From contig JAQVFF010000001.1 of the NCBI GenBank assembly GCA_028697345.1, forward strand, positions 1-37,059: 37,059 nt of DNA, given 5' to 3'. The notes under the pieces were generated by a model. It was not told the origin of the DNA, did no database searches, and saw only the letters and a list, made by a program, of their open reading frames with translations. A program made the translations under genes and the position numbers. Every line of letters begins with the position of its first letter. Within the stretch, counting starts at the first letter, position 1. Source of the stretch: Candidatus Shapirobacteria bacterium (GTDB taxonomy: Bacteria; Patescibacteriota; Microgenomatia; 0-14-0-10-38-17). Positions 16,176-24,916 of the stretch are shown piece after piece.

Positions 16176-16880
16176 ATGCCTGCCGTTCCAATCCGTTCTT
16201 CTACACAAGATGCTCTACCCATAGAAGATATCCGCGATGATTTGGTTGTCTTAAAAGACGGTTCTGCCGCTTTAATTCTTCAGGTCAACGCCATTAATTT
16301 CAGCTTATTATCAGAAAAAGAACAAGATGCAATCATCTATGCTTATGCGGGCCTGCTTAATTCTCTTAATTTTTCCATTCAAATCATTATCCGCTCTCAA
16401 AAAAAAGATATTACCGGCTATTTATCTCTACTGGAAAAAGCTAAAGCTGGTCAAAATAATTCGTTATTAAAAGATCTAATTAATAAATATCAAGCTTTTA
16501 TTAGAGAAACGGTTACCCAAACAGAAATTTTAGATAAAAAGTTTTATCTGGCGATTCCTTTCTCGGCCCTAGAGTTAGGCACTGGTCAGGTTGCTTCAAG
16601 TGTCTTAGATCAATTCTTACCTGGTAAAAAAAAGACTAAAACAACCCTCAACTTTGACCGGGTGGTAGAAAAAGCCAAAACCAGTCTAGAACCCAAAAGA
16701 GACCACTTAATCCGATTACTTGGTCGAATTGGACTAGTTGCCCAACAATTAACTACCAATGAATTAATTCGACTTTTCTTTAGAGTTTACAACCCTGACG
16801 CCAAAATTGTTGACCATGCCCTAACCAAAGAATATACCAGTCCGATTATTAAAGATGATGATTCTATCCAAAAAAAATGA
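16176..16880 (+). CDS. stand-alone VirB4 N-terminal-domain-like protein (no ATPase domain)
   Basis: 234 aa. ..STQDALPIEDIRDDLVVLKDGSAALILQVNAINFSLLSEKEQDAIIYAYAGLLNSLNFSIQIIIRS.. resembles the N-terminal block of Gram-positive VirB4 proteins (Tn916 Orf16 / ICEBs1 ConE type), from memory. Its stop overlaps the VirB4 start (ATGA, 16877-16880). Confidence 0.5.
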   Translation: MPAVPIRSSTQDALPIEDIRDDLVVLKDGSAALILQVNAINFSLLSEKEQDAIIYAYAGLLNSLNFSIQIIIRSQKKDITGYLSLLEKAKAGQNNSLLKDLINKYQAFIRETVTQTEILDKKFYLAIPFSALELGTGQVASSVLDQFLPGKKKTKTTLNFDRVVEKAKTSLEPKRDHLIRLLGRIGLVAQQLTTNELIRLFFRVYNPDAKIVDHALTKEYTSPIIKDDDSIQKK

Positions 16881-18895
16881 TTAGTCTTCCTAAGGTTTTC
16901 AGTAAAAAAAACCAACCTGAAAAAACAGTACCCGCTAAAGGCAGCCAAGAACAACGAACCCTGGGTGATGGAGTATTGGTGATTAAGGACTTACTAGCCC
17001 CGTCAGCTATCGAGGTCGATTTCAACCACCTAAGAATTGATAATAAATATTTCCGCTCGTTGTTCGTGGCTGGCTACCCCCGATTTGTTAATGCTAATTG
17101 GTTGTCACCTCTGATCAACTTTGATCACACCATGGATTTGGCAATGTTTATTTATCCGGTAGAAATCAAAGGAACTCTAGATGATTTAAGAAGAAAAATT
17201 GCTGAAATGGAGGCTGAGATTGCCACCGACATTCAGCGAGGCAAGGTGGTTGACCCTTCAACTAAGGCAAAATTAGAAGATGCCCTTTCTCTTCAGGAGC
17301 AATTAACCAAGGGGGTAGAGCGATTTTTCCAGTTTGGCCTTTACTTAACTATTCCCGGCAACAGCGTTAAGGAGCTGGACGAGACCACCAAGGAAATTAA
17401 ATCAACCCTGGGATCACTAATGATCATCGCCAAAGATGCTACCCTGCAGATGGAAGAAGGCTTTCAAACCACTCTGCCAATAGGAGACAGCAAGCTCAAT
17501 ATCACTAGAAACATGGATACTACTTCACTGGCAACTACTTTTCCTTTTACCTCATCAGAACTGACTGCCAATGAAGGCATTTTATACGGCATTAACCAAC
17601 ATAACGGCTCTTTGGTTATTTTTGACCGGTTTAACTTGGAAAACGCTAATTCGGTTGTTTTTGGTAAATCCGGCTCCGGTAAAAGCTATATGATTAAACT
17701 GGAAGCCTTGCGATCACTAATGATGGGTACAGAAATAATTATTATCGATCCGGAAAACGAATATGAAAAATTAGCCGAAGCGGTTAGTGGAGAATATATC
17801 AGCTTCGGTTTTGGTTCCAGCGCCAAAATTAATCCTTTTGATCTACCGCAAAAATATACTGACCAGAACCAAACTCTCCAAGAAAACCATTTAGGATTCA
17901 AGTTATTATCTCTTCAGTCGCTTTTTAAAATTATGATGGGAAAAATGGATTCTGATGAAGAAGCAATATTGGATCGGGCGCTGGTAGCTACTTATAAAGG
18001 CAAGGGAATTACTCCCGATCCGGCCAGCCAAAAAAATGAAGCCCCCTTGTTAGAAGATCTTTACAAAACCCTTCTGGGCATGGAAACGGCCAAAGCCCAA
18101 ACCTTATCTAACCGACTGGAAAAATTTGTTAAGGGTTCACTGGTGGGAATTTTTGATCAACGCTCTAATGTTAATCTTAAAAATCCCTTTACTGTTTTTT
18201 CCTTAAAAAATGTTGAAGGTTCATTGCGGCCCATTGTAATGTTTATTATCTTGGATTATATCTGGACCAAGGTTCAAGACGATCTTAAAAAGAGAGTGGT
18301 TATTGTTGATGAAGCCTGGTATTTAATGCGTTATAAAGATTCTGCCCAATACTTAGAATCAATTGCCAAGCGAGCCAGGAAATATTACTTAGGCCTAACT
18401 ACCATCACTCAAGATGCTCCCGACTTCTTAGCCTCGCCTTACGGCAAATCAATCATTACTAATTCTTCTATTCAAATTCTAATGAAACAGCACCCGGCAG
18501 CGATTGACCAGATTGGAGAAATTTTTTACCTTTCTCAAGGTGAAAAAAATCTTTTGCTTTCGGCTGATATTGGTGAAGGATTATTTTTTGCCGGAGAAAA
18601 CCATGTTGCTATTCAAGTAATCTCTTCAAACGAGGAACATAAACTGGTCAGCACTGACCCAAGAGAAAAAACAGCTAAACTCAAGGTTCCGGAAGAGGGT
18701 AACAAAACTGTTCAGACCCAATATCAGACACAAATTAAACCAGAACAATCCCAAAACCAAAACCCGCCTAACCAACCAAGCAAAAGCACTCTTGGCGCTA
18801 ATGCTCCCAAACCGGATAGTCAAACAGCTAACAATACCGAATTTGTTGAAAATGAAACCCAACCCCCAATTAAAATTAACACCAATCTCGAATAG
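16877..18895 (+). CDS. virB4: VirB4-family T4SS ATPase
   Basis: 672 aa. N-domain ..LLAPSAIEVDFNHLRIDNKYFRSLFVAGYPRFVNANWLSPLINFDHTMDLAMFIYP... Walker A VVFGKSGSGKSY. Walker B RVVIVDEAW. Ends in a Q/N/P-rich low-complexity tail of about 70 aa. Confidence 0.9.
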   Translation: MISLPKVFSKKNQPEKTVPAKGSQEQRTLGDGVLVIKDLLAPSAIEVDFNHLRIDNKYFRSLFVAGYPRFVNANWLSPLINFDHTMDLAMFIYPVEIKGTLDDLRRKIAEMEAEIATDIQRGKVVDPSTKAKLEDALSLQEQLTKGVERFFQFGLYLTIPGNSVKELDETTKEIKSTLGSLMIIAKDATLQMEEGFQTTLPIGDSKLNITRNMDTTSLATTFPFTSSELTANEGILYGINQHNGSLVIFDRFNLENANSVVFGKSGSGKSYMIKLEALRSLMMGTEIIIIDPENEYEKLAEAVSGEYISFGFGSSAKINPFDLPQKYTDQNQTLQENHLGFKLLSLQSLFKIMMGKMDSDEEAILDRALVATYKGKGITPDPASQKNEAPLLEDLYKTLLGMETAKAQTLSNRLEKFVKGSLVGIFDQRSNVNLKNPFTVFSLKNVEGSLRPIVMFIILDYIWTKVQDDLKKRVVIVDEAWYLMRYKDSAQYLESIAKRARKYYLGLTTITQDAPDFLASPYGKSIITNSSIQILMKQHPAAIDQIGEIFYLSQGEKNLLLSADIGEGLFFAGENHVAIQVISSNEEHKLVSTDPREKTAKLKVPEEGNKTVQTQYQTQIKPEQSQNQNPPNQPSKSTLGANAPKPDSQTANNTEFVENETQPPIKINTNLE

Positions 18896-18906
18896 GCAAT
18901 TAAAAC

Positions 18907-21900
18907 ATGGCTGAAGCAAAAAAACTGATTTTGTCAAAGGAGTCAGCACAATTTATCCTTGAGGGCCTAAACTTCTTTAAAAAAAATCCCCAAGCCAAAG
19001 AGTGGCACAAACTAGATAAAGACACTTTTTTAGTTTTAGCCCGTGACGTTGCTCAATTTTACCCTGATAAAGAAGAAAGTTTGGAAGAATATTTGCTTCG
19101 TTTTGAATCTTTCTTGAGAAGAATTATTAATAGTCAGGAACTGGCCCCATCTATTCCTGAAAACCTGAACCAACTAGTTGAAGCTTTTGAGGCCTTCCAA
19201 AAAGAGCAAGACGCTGATATCAATTTGAAAAAAACTGCTATTGTTACCAGCCAGGATGTTAGCTTGGAAGACTGGATTAAAAACTTACAAGAGAAGCATC
19301 TGGCCCAAAGAATAGCAAAGGAAGTTGAAGAGGCGGTTGCTCCCATCGGTCTCCCCGAGGAACAAAAAGAGACAGTCAAAGAAACTTTAACCCAGGAAAT
19401 TACCGCTTCTGTTCCTATGGTGGTTATTACCAGGCCAGAACAAGAAAAATCAATAAAAGAAAAAATAAGTCGTGCTTTTGAAAAAGAAAAAACGACCGTT
19501 GTTTCGTCAACAAAACAGGCCTTAGTCAATCAACAATTACAAGAACTTGCTGATCGAGCCAGGTTTTTGACTGTCCCAATCGCCGTTAAAACTCAACCAT
19601 CACCAACACAAAAAACCCTTGAGGAAACAATTGCTAAAGTTCTTCGACAGCAAACCCCAATCAAAGAAGAGGCCGCTGTTCAAAAAGTCGCCCAGGCAAT
19701 TACTCAAGTAATCAGCCAAAAAGTACCCAAGTTAGATAAATCAGAACAGGCGGGTTTATCTGCACTAGAAAAATTTGCCCTAGTCGAAAACACGATTAAT
19801 GCTTCACTGCCAGAAATTGTTCAGGCCTTAACTAACCCTGAAATCACCAGCCTGCCAATAGAAAAAACAACCATTAATCCTCAAGACGGTCAGGAATTCT
19901 TGCAATTATTAACCGGCCAAATTAACCAACCGGTTCTTGATTTGTCCTCGTCGCTTAAAGAAGATTTAAACCGGACCAGGCAACAAAAGGTATCTTTTCT
20001 AAGACCTGAAACAAAAATCATTTTTGACCAACTGGAAGAAAATCCACTATTACCTTATCAGCTTATTCCCCAAGAAGAACTTCAGCCGCTAGGAAACCAA
20101 ATAAGGGCTGTTGTCAATTACCGCGGTATCAGTCCAGGGTCGGCGGAAATTATTCAATATCAAAACGAGGAGGCGGCTGGTTTAAGGTCCGCTATAGAAG
20201 GAAAAACCAGTTTTTGGTGGCAAAATCAAACAAACCGTTTTCAGGCTCAAGGGGCAGAAGAGGCAATTATCACGCAAACTACCAAAAGATTTAATCTCCA
20301 ATTGCATTTTGAAGAAAAATTTCCCCAATTTAAGAATTTCTATCAACAGGCTTTCAGTTGGTCCGGACCGCGAAAATGGTTTAATCAAGTTACCAGCCCT
20401 ATCGCCGGTTTAGTTAAAGAGAAAGTTGGTTCTTGGTGGCAAAAAACCGGTCTAGCTAAAAAGCTGGCCCAAAGAGCCGAATCAAAAGCAAGTCTTTTTT
20501 TCAAAAAAACCCTCGGTTCTTTTAGTATTTTTAAGGCTGGCGTTAAAAAAACTCTTCAAGAAGGAGCCAAAAAAGGTGTCACCAAGGCTATTTCTTGGCT
20601 GGCCACAAAATTAGCCGCCACAAAACTTGGAGCAATCTTGGGCTCTATTGCTCCGGGAATAGGTAATGCTATCGGGGCGGCGGTTGGTTTTGTGATTGAT
20701 GTTGGTCTTGGTCTAATTAGGGGAGGTTTTAGGTTGTTTTCCAATGTTTTGCAAAAAGTGTCCGGAGGCGAAACTGAAGCCGAAAAGACCATTAAGGCTA
20801 ATTTTGGACCCTTGGGTAAAATTGCTCTCTCTCCAATTACTTTAATTGTTATTGGTGTGCCAATATTGATTATTCTTTTGGCTTTAGGACTGTTCCAAAT
20901 CGAGGAAGGGGCTTTTGTTGTTGATGTTGCTGAGCATGCCGTTGTTTTTTATGGTTCTTGTTATGTTGAAGATATTCATCAAACTGATGTTATTACTGAT
21001 GAAAACTTGGCTATTTTTATAGCCAGAAATAAAGCCGCCTACCCTAATAGTTTAATCGAAGAAAAAATTCATCAGGTAATTGCTGAAAGTATTTCGGTCG
21101 GGTTTAATCCCGCATTGGCAATAGCAATTTGGGGCGAAGAAAGCCACTTTTCGGATTACTCTAATCCTAGGGTGGTTCCGGGAAGAGATTTTGGTTGCGG
21201 AGTTTATTGTTCTAGTAACCAACCAAGCAACTTTGATGAATCGTTGGCTTGCTTTGTCGCTAAACGCACCAGTTGTAATAGTGCCTGTCTTAGCAGGGCT
21301 ACTTTCGCAGAATTTATGGAATGCTATGGACCAGTTGCCGAAAATCCAAACTTTATCTCTAATACATTAAAATTTTATCAACAACTCGTTCCTTCGGGTC
21401 CAGGAGTAGTTGTTTGTCCAGGAGGAACCACTGGAGAGTTTGCTTCTCAGCTTCTTAACCACCTTATTGCCTGCTATGGCAATATCATTAATCGGGCAAG
21501 CTATAACGATCAGGGTGTTTGTTTACTTGGCCGAGGAGTTTCTCAATCAAGCGTGCAACATATTACCTGGTCTGTTGGTCAATTTAGCGCCCTTCAGTGT
21601 GTTGGCTTTGCCAAGGCTGTCGAAGTAGAAACCGGCGCTGGCAGCTTAGGTTTTGTTCGCGGAGCCTATGGTGATGCCGCCAATTATTATCGTCCTTTAA
21701 CAGGCTATCAACAAGTTCCCAAAAGCCAACAGAATGTGATGGTTGGAGATTTGGCCTTTTTCTCCGGGACTATTGGCCATGTTGGAGTTGTTGTTGATGT
21801 TGCTCCCGATATGTCCTGGTTTATAATCGCTCAAGCAATTGGTTACAGGAGCGGATCTGCTTACGGGTTAATAAACGAATCAGGAAGAATTCATATAACA

Positions 21901-21939
21901 TACAATTCTTTGTTGGGTTTTCTTAGACGAGCGCCATGA
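18907..21939 (+). CDS. T4SS-associated cell-wall hydrolase: long E/K/Q-rich N-region, Gly-rich/TM segments, SLT-like lytic transglycosylase motif and C-terminal CHAP peptidase (VirB1 / PrgK / CwlT analog)
   Basis: 1010 aa. Hydrophobic stretches ..LGAILGSIAPGIGNAIGAAVGFVIDVGLGLI.. and ..IALSPITLIVIGVPILIILLALGLFQI... ..FNPALAIAIWGEESHFS.. carries an SLT-type catalytic Glu context. CHAP Cys ..FSALQCVGFAKAV.. and His ..GDLAFFSGTIGHVGVVVDV... Confidence 0.75.
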   Translation: MAEAKKLILSKESAQFILEGLNFFKKNPQAKEWHKLDKDTFLVLARDVAQFYPDKEESLEEYLLRFESFLRRIINSQELAPSIPENLNQLVEAFEAFQKEQDADINLKKTAIVTSQDVSLEDWIKNLQEKHLAQRIAKEVEEAVAPIGLPEEQKETVKETLTQEITASVPMVVITRPEQEKSIKEKISRAFEKEKTTVVSSTKQALVNQQLQELADRARFLTVPIAVKTQPSPTQKTLEETIAKVLRQQTPIKEEAAVQKVAQAITQVISQKVPKLDKSEQAGLSALEKFALVENTINASLPEIVQALTNPEITSLPIEKTTINPQDGQEFLQLLTGQINQPVLDLSSSLKEDLNRTRQQKVSFLRPETKIIFDQLEENPLLPYQLIPQEELQPLGNQIRAVVNYRGISPGSAEIIQYQNEEAAGLRSAIEGKTSFWWQNQTNRFQAQGAEEAIITQTTKRFNLQLHFEEKFPQFKNFYQQAFSWSGPRKWFNQVTSPIAGLVKEKVGSWWQKTGLAKKLAQRAESKASLFFKKTLGSFSIFKAGVKKTLQEGAKKGVTKAISWLATKLAATKLGAILGSIAPGIGNAIGAAVGFVIDVGLGLIRGGFRLFSNVLQKVSGGETEAEKTIKANFGPLGKIALSPITLIVIGVPILIILLALGLFQIEEGAFVVDVAEHAVVFYGSCYVEDIHQTDVITDENLAIFIARNKAAYPNSLIEEKIHQVIAESISVGFNPALAIAIWGEESHFSDYSNPRVVPGRDFGCGVYCSSNQPSNFDESLACFVAKRTSCNSACLSRATFAEFMECYGPVAENPNFISNTLKFYQQLVPSGPGVVVCPGGTTGEFASQLLNHLIACYGNIINRASYNDQGVCLLGRGVSQSSVQHITWSVGQFSALQCVGFAKAVEVETGAGSLGFVRGAYGDAANYYRPLTGYQQVPKSQQNVMVGDLAFFSGTIGHVGVVVDVAPDMSWFIIAQAIGYRSGSAYGLINESGRIHITYNSLLGFLRRAP

Positions 21940-21953
21940 TAATATAAATAATA

Positions 21954-22358
21954 ATGAACAAAAAAGTAAAGATTTTAATCTTAGTTTTAGTAATAATTGC
22001 TATTGTTTTGTTTCTGGTCAGGTTTTTTTTGTTAAAACCAGTATCCGAGGAAACAAGTTTTTATCCGGATTCCACTCTCACGCCCGCCCCAATAACCGAA
22101 GAGCCATTAAGTATTTTTGAAGAACAAGAACAGATAAGAACTGCTAATTATCCGCTAATCGACAAGACTCCTTACCAGACAACCTTGTTTGAAATTACTT
22201 ATAGTGGGCCTCTTGAACTAAAAGTAATCATGTTTGGTGAGAACCAAAAACAAATAGCCAACGAGGTAAATATTTGGTTAAAAGAAAATGGAATTGACCC
22301 CAATAGTCACACGATTGAATTTGCCAAACCCCCTGTTTCTTCCCTTGATGAATCTTAG
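21954..22358 (+). CDS. small N-terminally anchored exported protein, T4SS-locus accessory (function unknown)
   Basis: 134 aa. Single N-terminal TM (VKILILVLVIIAIVLFLVRFFLL). Follows the hydrolase gene by 14 nt on the same strand. Confidence 0.55.
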   Translation: MNKKVKILILVLVIIAIVLFLVRFFLLKPVSEETSFYPDSTLTPAPITEEPLSIFEEQEQIRTANYPLIDKTPYQTTLFEITYSGPLELKVIMFGENQKQIANEVNIWLKENGIDPNSHTIEFAKPPVSSLDES

Positions 22359-22389
22359 CCAATATTAGAGTCAGTTAAAATAAGCGGTA

Positions 22390-22803
22390 ATGAAAAACAA
22401 ACCAGTAATTATTCTAATTGTCGTTTTGGCCTTTTTAACAGGAATGTTAATTTCTCGAAAAATTCTTTTTACTGATCAAAATTTAGCCTTGGTCTCGTCT
22501 GAGCCAAATATTTTTCAGGACAATGTTAATCCCAACTTAGAGAAAATCACTTTTCAGTTTAATCAATCATTAGATAAAACCAATCTTTCCGTTAGTATTA
22601 TTCCCGATCTTCAACACCAAATTAAAAAAGAAACCAACAATTTGATTATTTTCCCTGAAGAGGTTTTAAAAGAAGGGGAGCGCTACCAAATCGAAATAAG
22701 AGAAGTCTCTGGCGATTTCTACTTTCCGTTTAGTTTTCAAACTGGCTCTGGTTTGTCCGACCCCGCCGAACAGGAAACAGGCTTTCAGTCTGAAATCGAC
22801 TAG
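22390..22803 (+). CDS. small N-terminally anchored exported protein with an Ig-like (SbsA/Big_5-like) domain, T4SS-locus accessory
   Basis: 137 aa. N-terminal TM (VIILIVVLAFLTGMLI). ..ITFQFNQSLDKTNLSVSIIPD...LIIFPEEVLKEGERYQIEI.. resembles Ig-like surface domains. Confidence 0.5.
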   Translation: MKNKPVIILIVVLAFLTGMLISRKILFTDQNLALVSSEPNIFQDNVNPNLEKITFQFNQSLDKTNLSVSIIPDLQHQIKKETNNLIIFPEEVLKEGERYQIEIREVSGDFYFPFSFQTGSGLSDPAEQETGFQSEID

Positions 22804-24497
22804 AAAAACCTAATCAATTCCTTTTCGATTTCTTGTGCAAAAAACGGCCGGCCGTCGTCTTTTAAGATTTTTCCCATTGTCTTAATCCCTGTTTCCGATT
22901 GAATTAGAGAGGCTAGTTGACCAGTACTGTTGTTCTCGACGACAATGATTTTCTTGGCTTTAGCCAAAAATTTTTTAGCCTCGCTCGGAAACGGCCAAGG
23001 CCGAAAAAAGTGAAGACAGTTGATTAATCTTCCTTTATCTTTTAGGCTTTGATAGGTCGATAACAATGCTTGTTTGGTTGAGCCCCAACCGACCAGGGTT
23101 AATTGGGCTTCTTTGTCTCCATAAAGAGCGGTTCCCTGGTTTCGGCGATTAAGGCCCGCTAATTTTTTTAATAACTTTTTTTTCATAATCAACCTTTTTG
23201 CGCCATCTTCAATAGAAAAACCATCTTCATCATGAATATAAGAATTAGTTAAAAAAACTGTTTGTCCAGGTAACGCTCTAGGAGAGATGCCTTCAGGGGT
23301 TATTTGATAACGTTTATAGCCTTTGGGTGGTGTCTGGTTTAATAATTTACCACGATCAATTTTTAAACCAAAAGCCTTTCGATTAAGCGCTGGCGTGGCA
23401 AAAGCGCTTTCTGATAAGTGTTTGTCGGTAACAACAATAACCGGCAACTGGTAAACATCAGCCAAATTAAAAGCCGCAAAAATAAGTCGATAGGCCTCTT
23501 CTGGGTCTCCGGGAGTAAAAATAATCCGGGGGAATTCGCCGTTACCAGCCCGAATTAAAAACAACAGGTCTTCTTGTGAAGTCCAAGTGGCCATACCAGT
23601 TGATGGGCCAGCCCTCATTCCTTCAATTACTACTAGCGGTGTTTCCGTGGCTCCCGCCATAGCAAAACCTTCAATCATTAAGGAAAAACCACCTCCCGAT
23701 GTGGCCACCAGGCTTCTTTTTCCTGCAAAAGAAGCTCCGATTGCCGAATTAATACCGGCAATTTCATCTTCGGGGCGAAAAACAATCATACCGGTTTTAT
23801 TTTGTTTTTTGGCTAAATCCGCCAAAATTGAATTAATCGGCGTCATGGGATAAATGGCCGCATAAGAACAACCGGCATCAATTGATCCTAAAGATAAAGC
23901 ATCATTGCCAGAAAACAAAAAGTTTTTACTTTCCTTGACCGGTTCTTTAAGAATTTTTCTTAAAAAAGTTGATTTTCTAGTTAATTGATAGCCAGATTTG
24001 ACGGCGGCCAAATTGCCGTCAACCACTTTTTTACCCTTACTAGATAAATTAAAAGCGATTTCTTTCTCCAAAAAACCTAAGGGAAGACCTAATAGGCCGA
24101 AAATTACCCCTAAAGAAACGGTGTTTCGGGCAATTTCCCGGCCGGTATGTTTAAGAGCCACTCGAGTCAATGGCAAACTTAAAACTTTTTCTTTTTTTAT
24201 ATCAACCAACTGGTCGGTAATCAAAACGCCTCTTTTTTTTATTTCCTGTTGATGTAATAAAAAACTTTCTTTTGTTAAGGCGACAACCAGATCGGCTTTT
24301 TTTTCTGGCAAAACGGAACCGAAAAAAGAAAAAGAAACAAAAACCACATTATCACCGCCTCGAATCCGAGAAGGATACTCCGGATAAACCAATACTTGAA
24401 AACCTAAAGATGTTAGGGCCTGGCCCAATATTCTGCCTGCCTCCATAATTCCGTACCCGGCTGGTCCGGCAATCTTGACTGAATAATTTTTTTTCAT
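22800..24497 (-). CDS. 2-oxoacid:ferredoxin oxidoreductase, fused gamma-alpha subunit
   Basis: The track starts at TTG 24503; ATG 24497 gives MKKNYSVKIAGPAGYGIMEAGRILGQAL.., a gamma domain. The alpha domain follows (..GNDALSLGSIDAGCSYAAIYPMTPINSI.., ..ATSGGGFSLM..). Substrate specificity cannot be assigned. Confidence 0.85.
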   Translation of the reverse strand: MKKNYSVKIAGPAGYGIMEAGRILGQALTSLGFQVLVYPEYPSRIRGGDNVVFVSFSFFGSVLPEKKADLVVALTKESFLLHQQEIKKRGVLITDQLVDIKKEKVLSLPLTRVALKHTGREIARNTVSLGVIFGLLGLPLGFLEKEIAFNLSSKGKKVVDGNLAAVKSGYQLTRKSTFLRKILKEPVKESKNFLFSGNDALSLGSIDAGCSYAAIYPMTPINSILADLAKKQNKTGMIVFRPEDEIAGINSAIGASFAGKRSLVATSGGGFSLMIEGFAMAGATETPLVVIEGMRAGPSTGMATWTSQEDLLFLIRAGNGEFPRIIFTPGDPEEAYRLIFAAFNLADVYQLPVIVVTDKHLSESAFATPALNRKAFGLKIDRGKLLNQTPPKGYKRYQITPEGISPRALPGQTVFLTNSYIHDEDGFSIEDGAKRLIMKKKLLKKLAGLNRRNQGTALYGDKEAQLTLVGWGSTKQALLSTYQSLKDKGRLINCLHFFRPWPFPSEAKKFLAKAKKIIVVENNSTGQLASLIQSETGIKTMGKILKDDGRPFFAQEIEKELIRFF

Positions 24498-24506
24498 ACT
24501 CAAAGC

Positions 24507-24752
24507 CTAGAAGAGGCTAGGTAAAATAAGTTGTAAAAACCTAAACAACGAAGTAAATATTTCTTTAATTAAAGGGATTGAAGCAGGAACAAATAAAATT
24601 AATAACAACAACCAAAAAAAACTCTTTTTGACCAAATCAATAATTATCTTAACAAAAAAAATAAACACCACCAACGAAACCAACCAACGAATCGAGTTAG
24701 GAAATAAGGCTAAGAACTGAAGCCAAAGAGAATAAGCTTGTTCCAGTATCAT
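24507..24752 (-). CDS. small hydrophobic membrane protein, unknown function
   Basis: The ORF track gives 94 aa from TTG 24791. Internal ATG 24752 gives 81 aa (MILEQAYSLWLQFLALF...). About 3 TM. No SD, so the start is uncertain. Confidence 0.4.
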   Translation of the reverse strand: MILEQAYSLWLQFLALFPNSIRWLVSLVVFIFFVKIIIDLVKKSFFWLLLLILFVPASIPLIKEIFTSLFRFLQLILPSLF

Positions 24753-24831
24753 ATTAATATTATAGAAAATAATACCATTAAAAACAACCAAAAAAACAAT
24801 AATTGATAATAAAACTGTCTACTTTTTTCCC

Positions 24832-24860
24832 TTGACTTTTTGTGGAAAACTTTCTATTAT
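24832..24860 (+). promoter_or_regulatory. dnaA promoter candidate with a DnaA box in the spacer
   Basis: TTGACT (24832-24837), 17-nt spacer, TATTAT (24855-24860). The spacer contains TGTGGAAAA (24841-24849), one mismatch from the reverse complement of the TTATCCACA DnaA box. Lies 57 nt upstream of ATG 24917. Confidence 0.55.
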
Positions 24861-24916
24861 TGACTTACTCCTTTAAAGGGCCTGCTGGAAAAGTTTCTGC
24901 CGTTTTTAATAAAAAT

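Noticed and set aside
5019-22803. An integrative conjugative element or plasmid-derived conjugation module.
   Set aside because: The window shows no relaxase, coupling protein, integrase or recombinase, and no flanking direct repeats or tRNA. This cannot be excluded outside the window.
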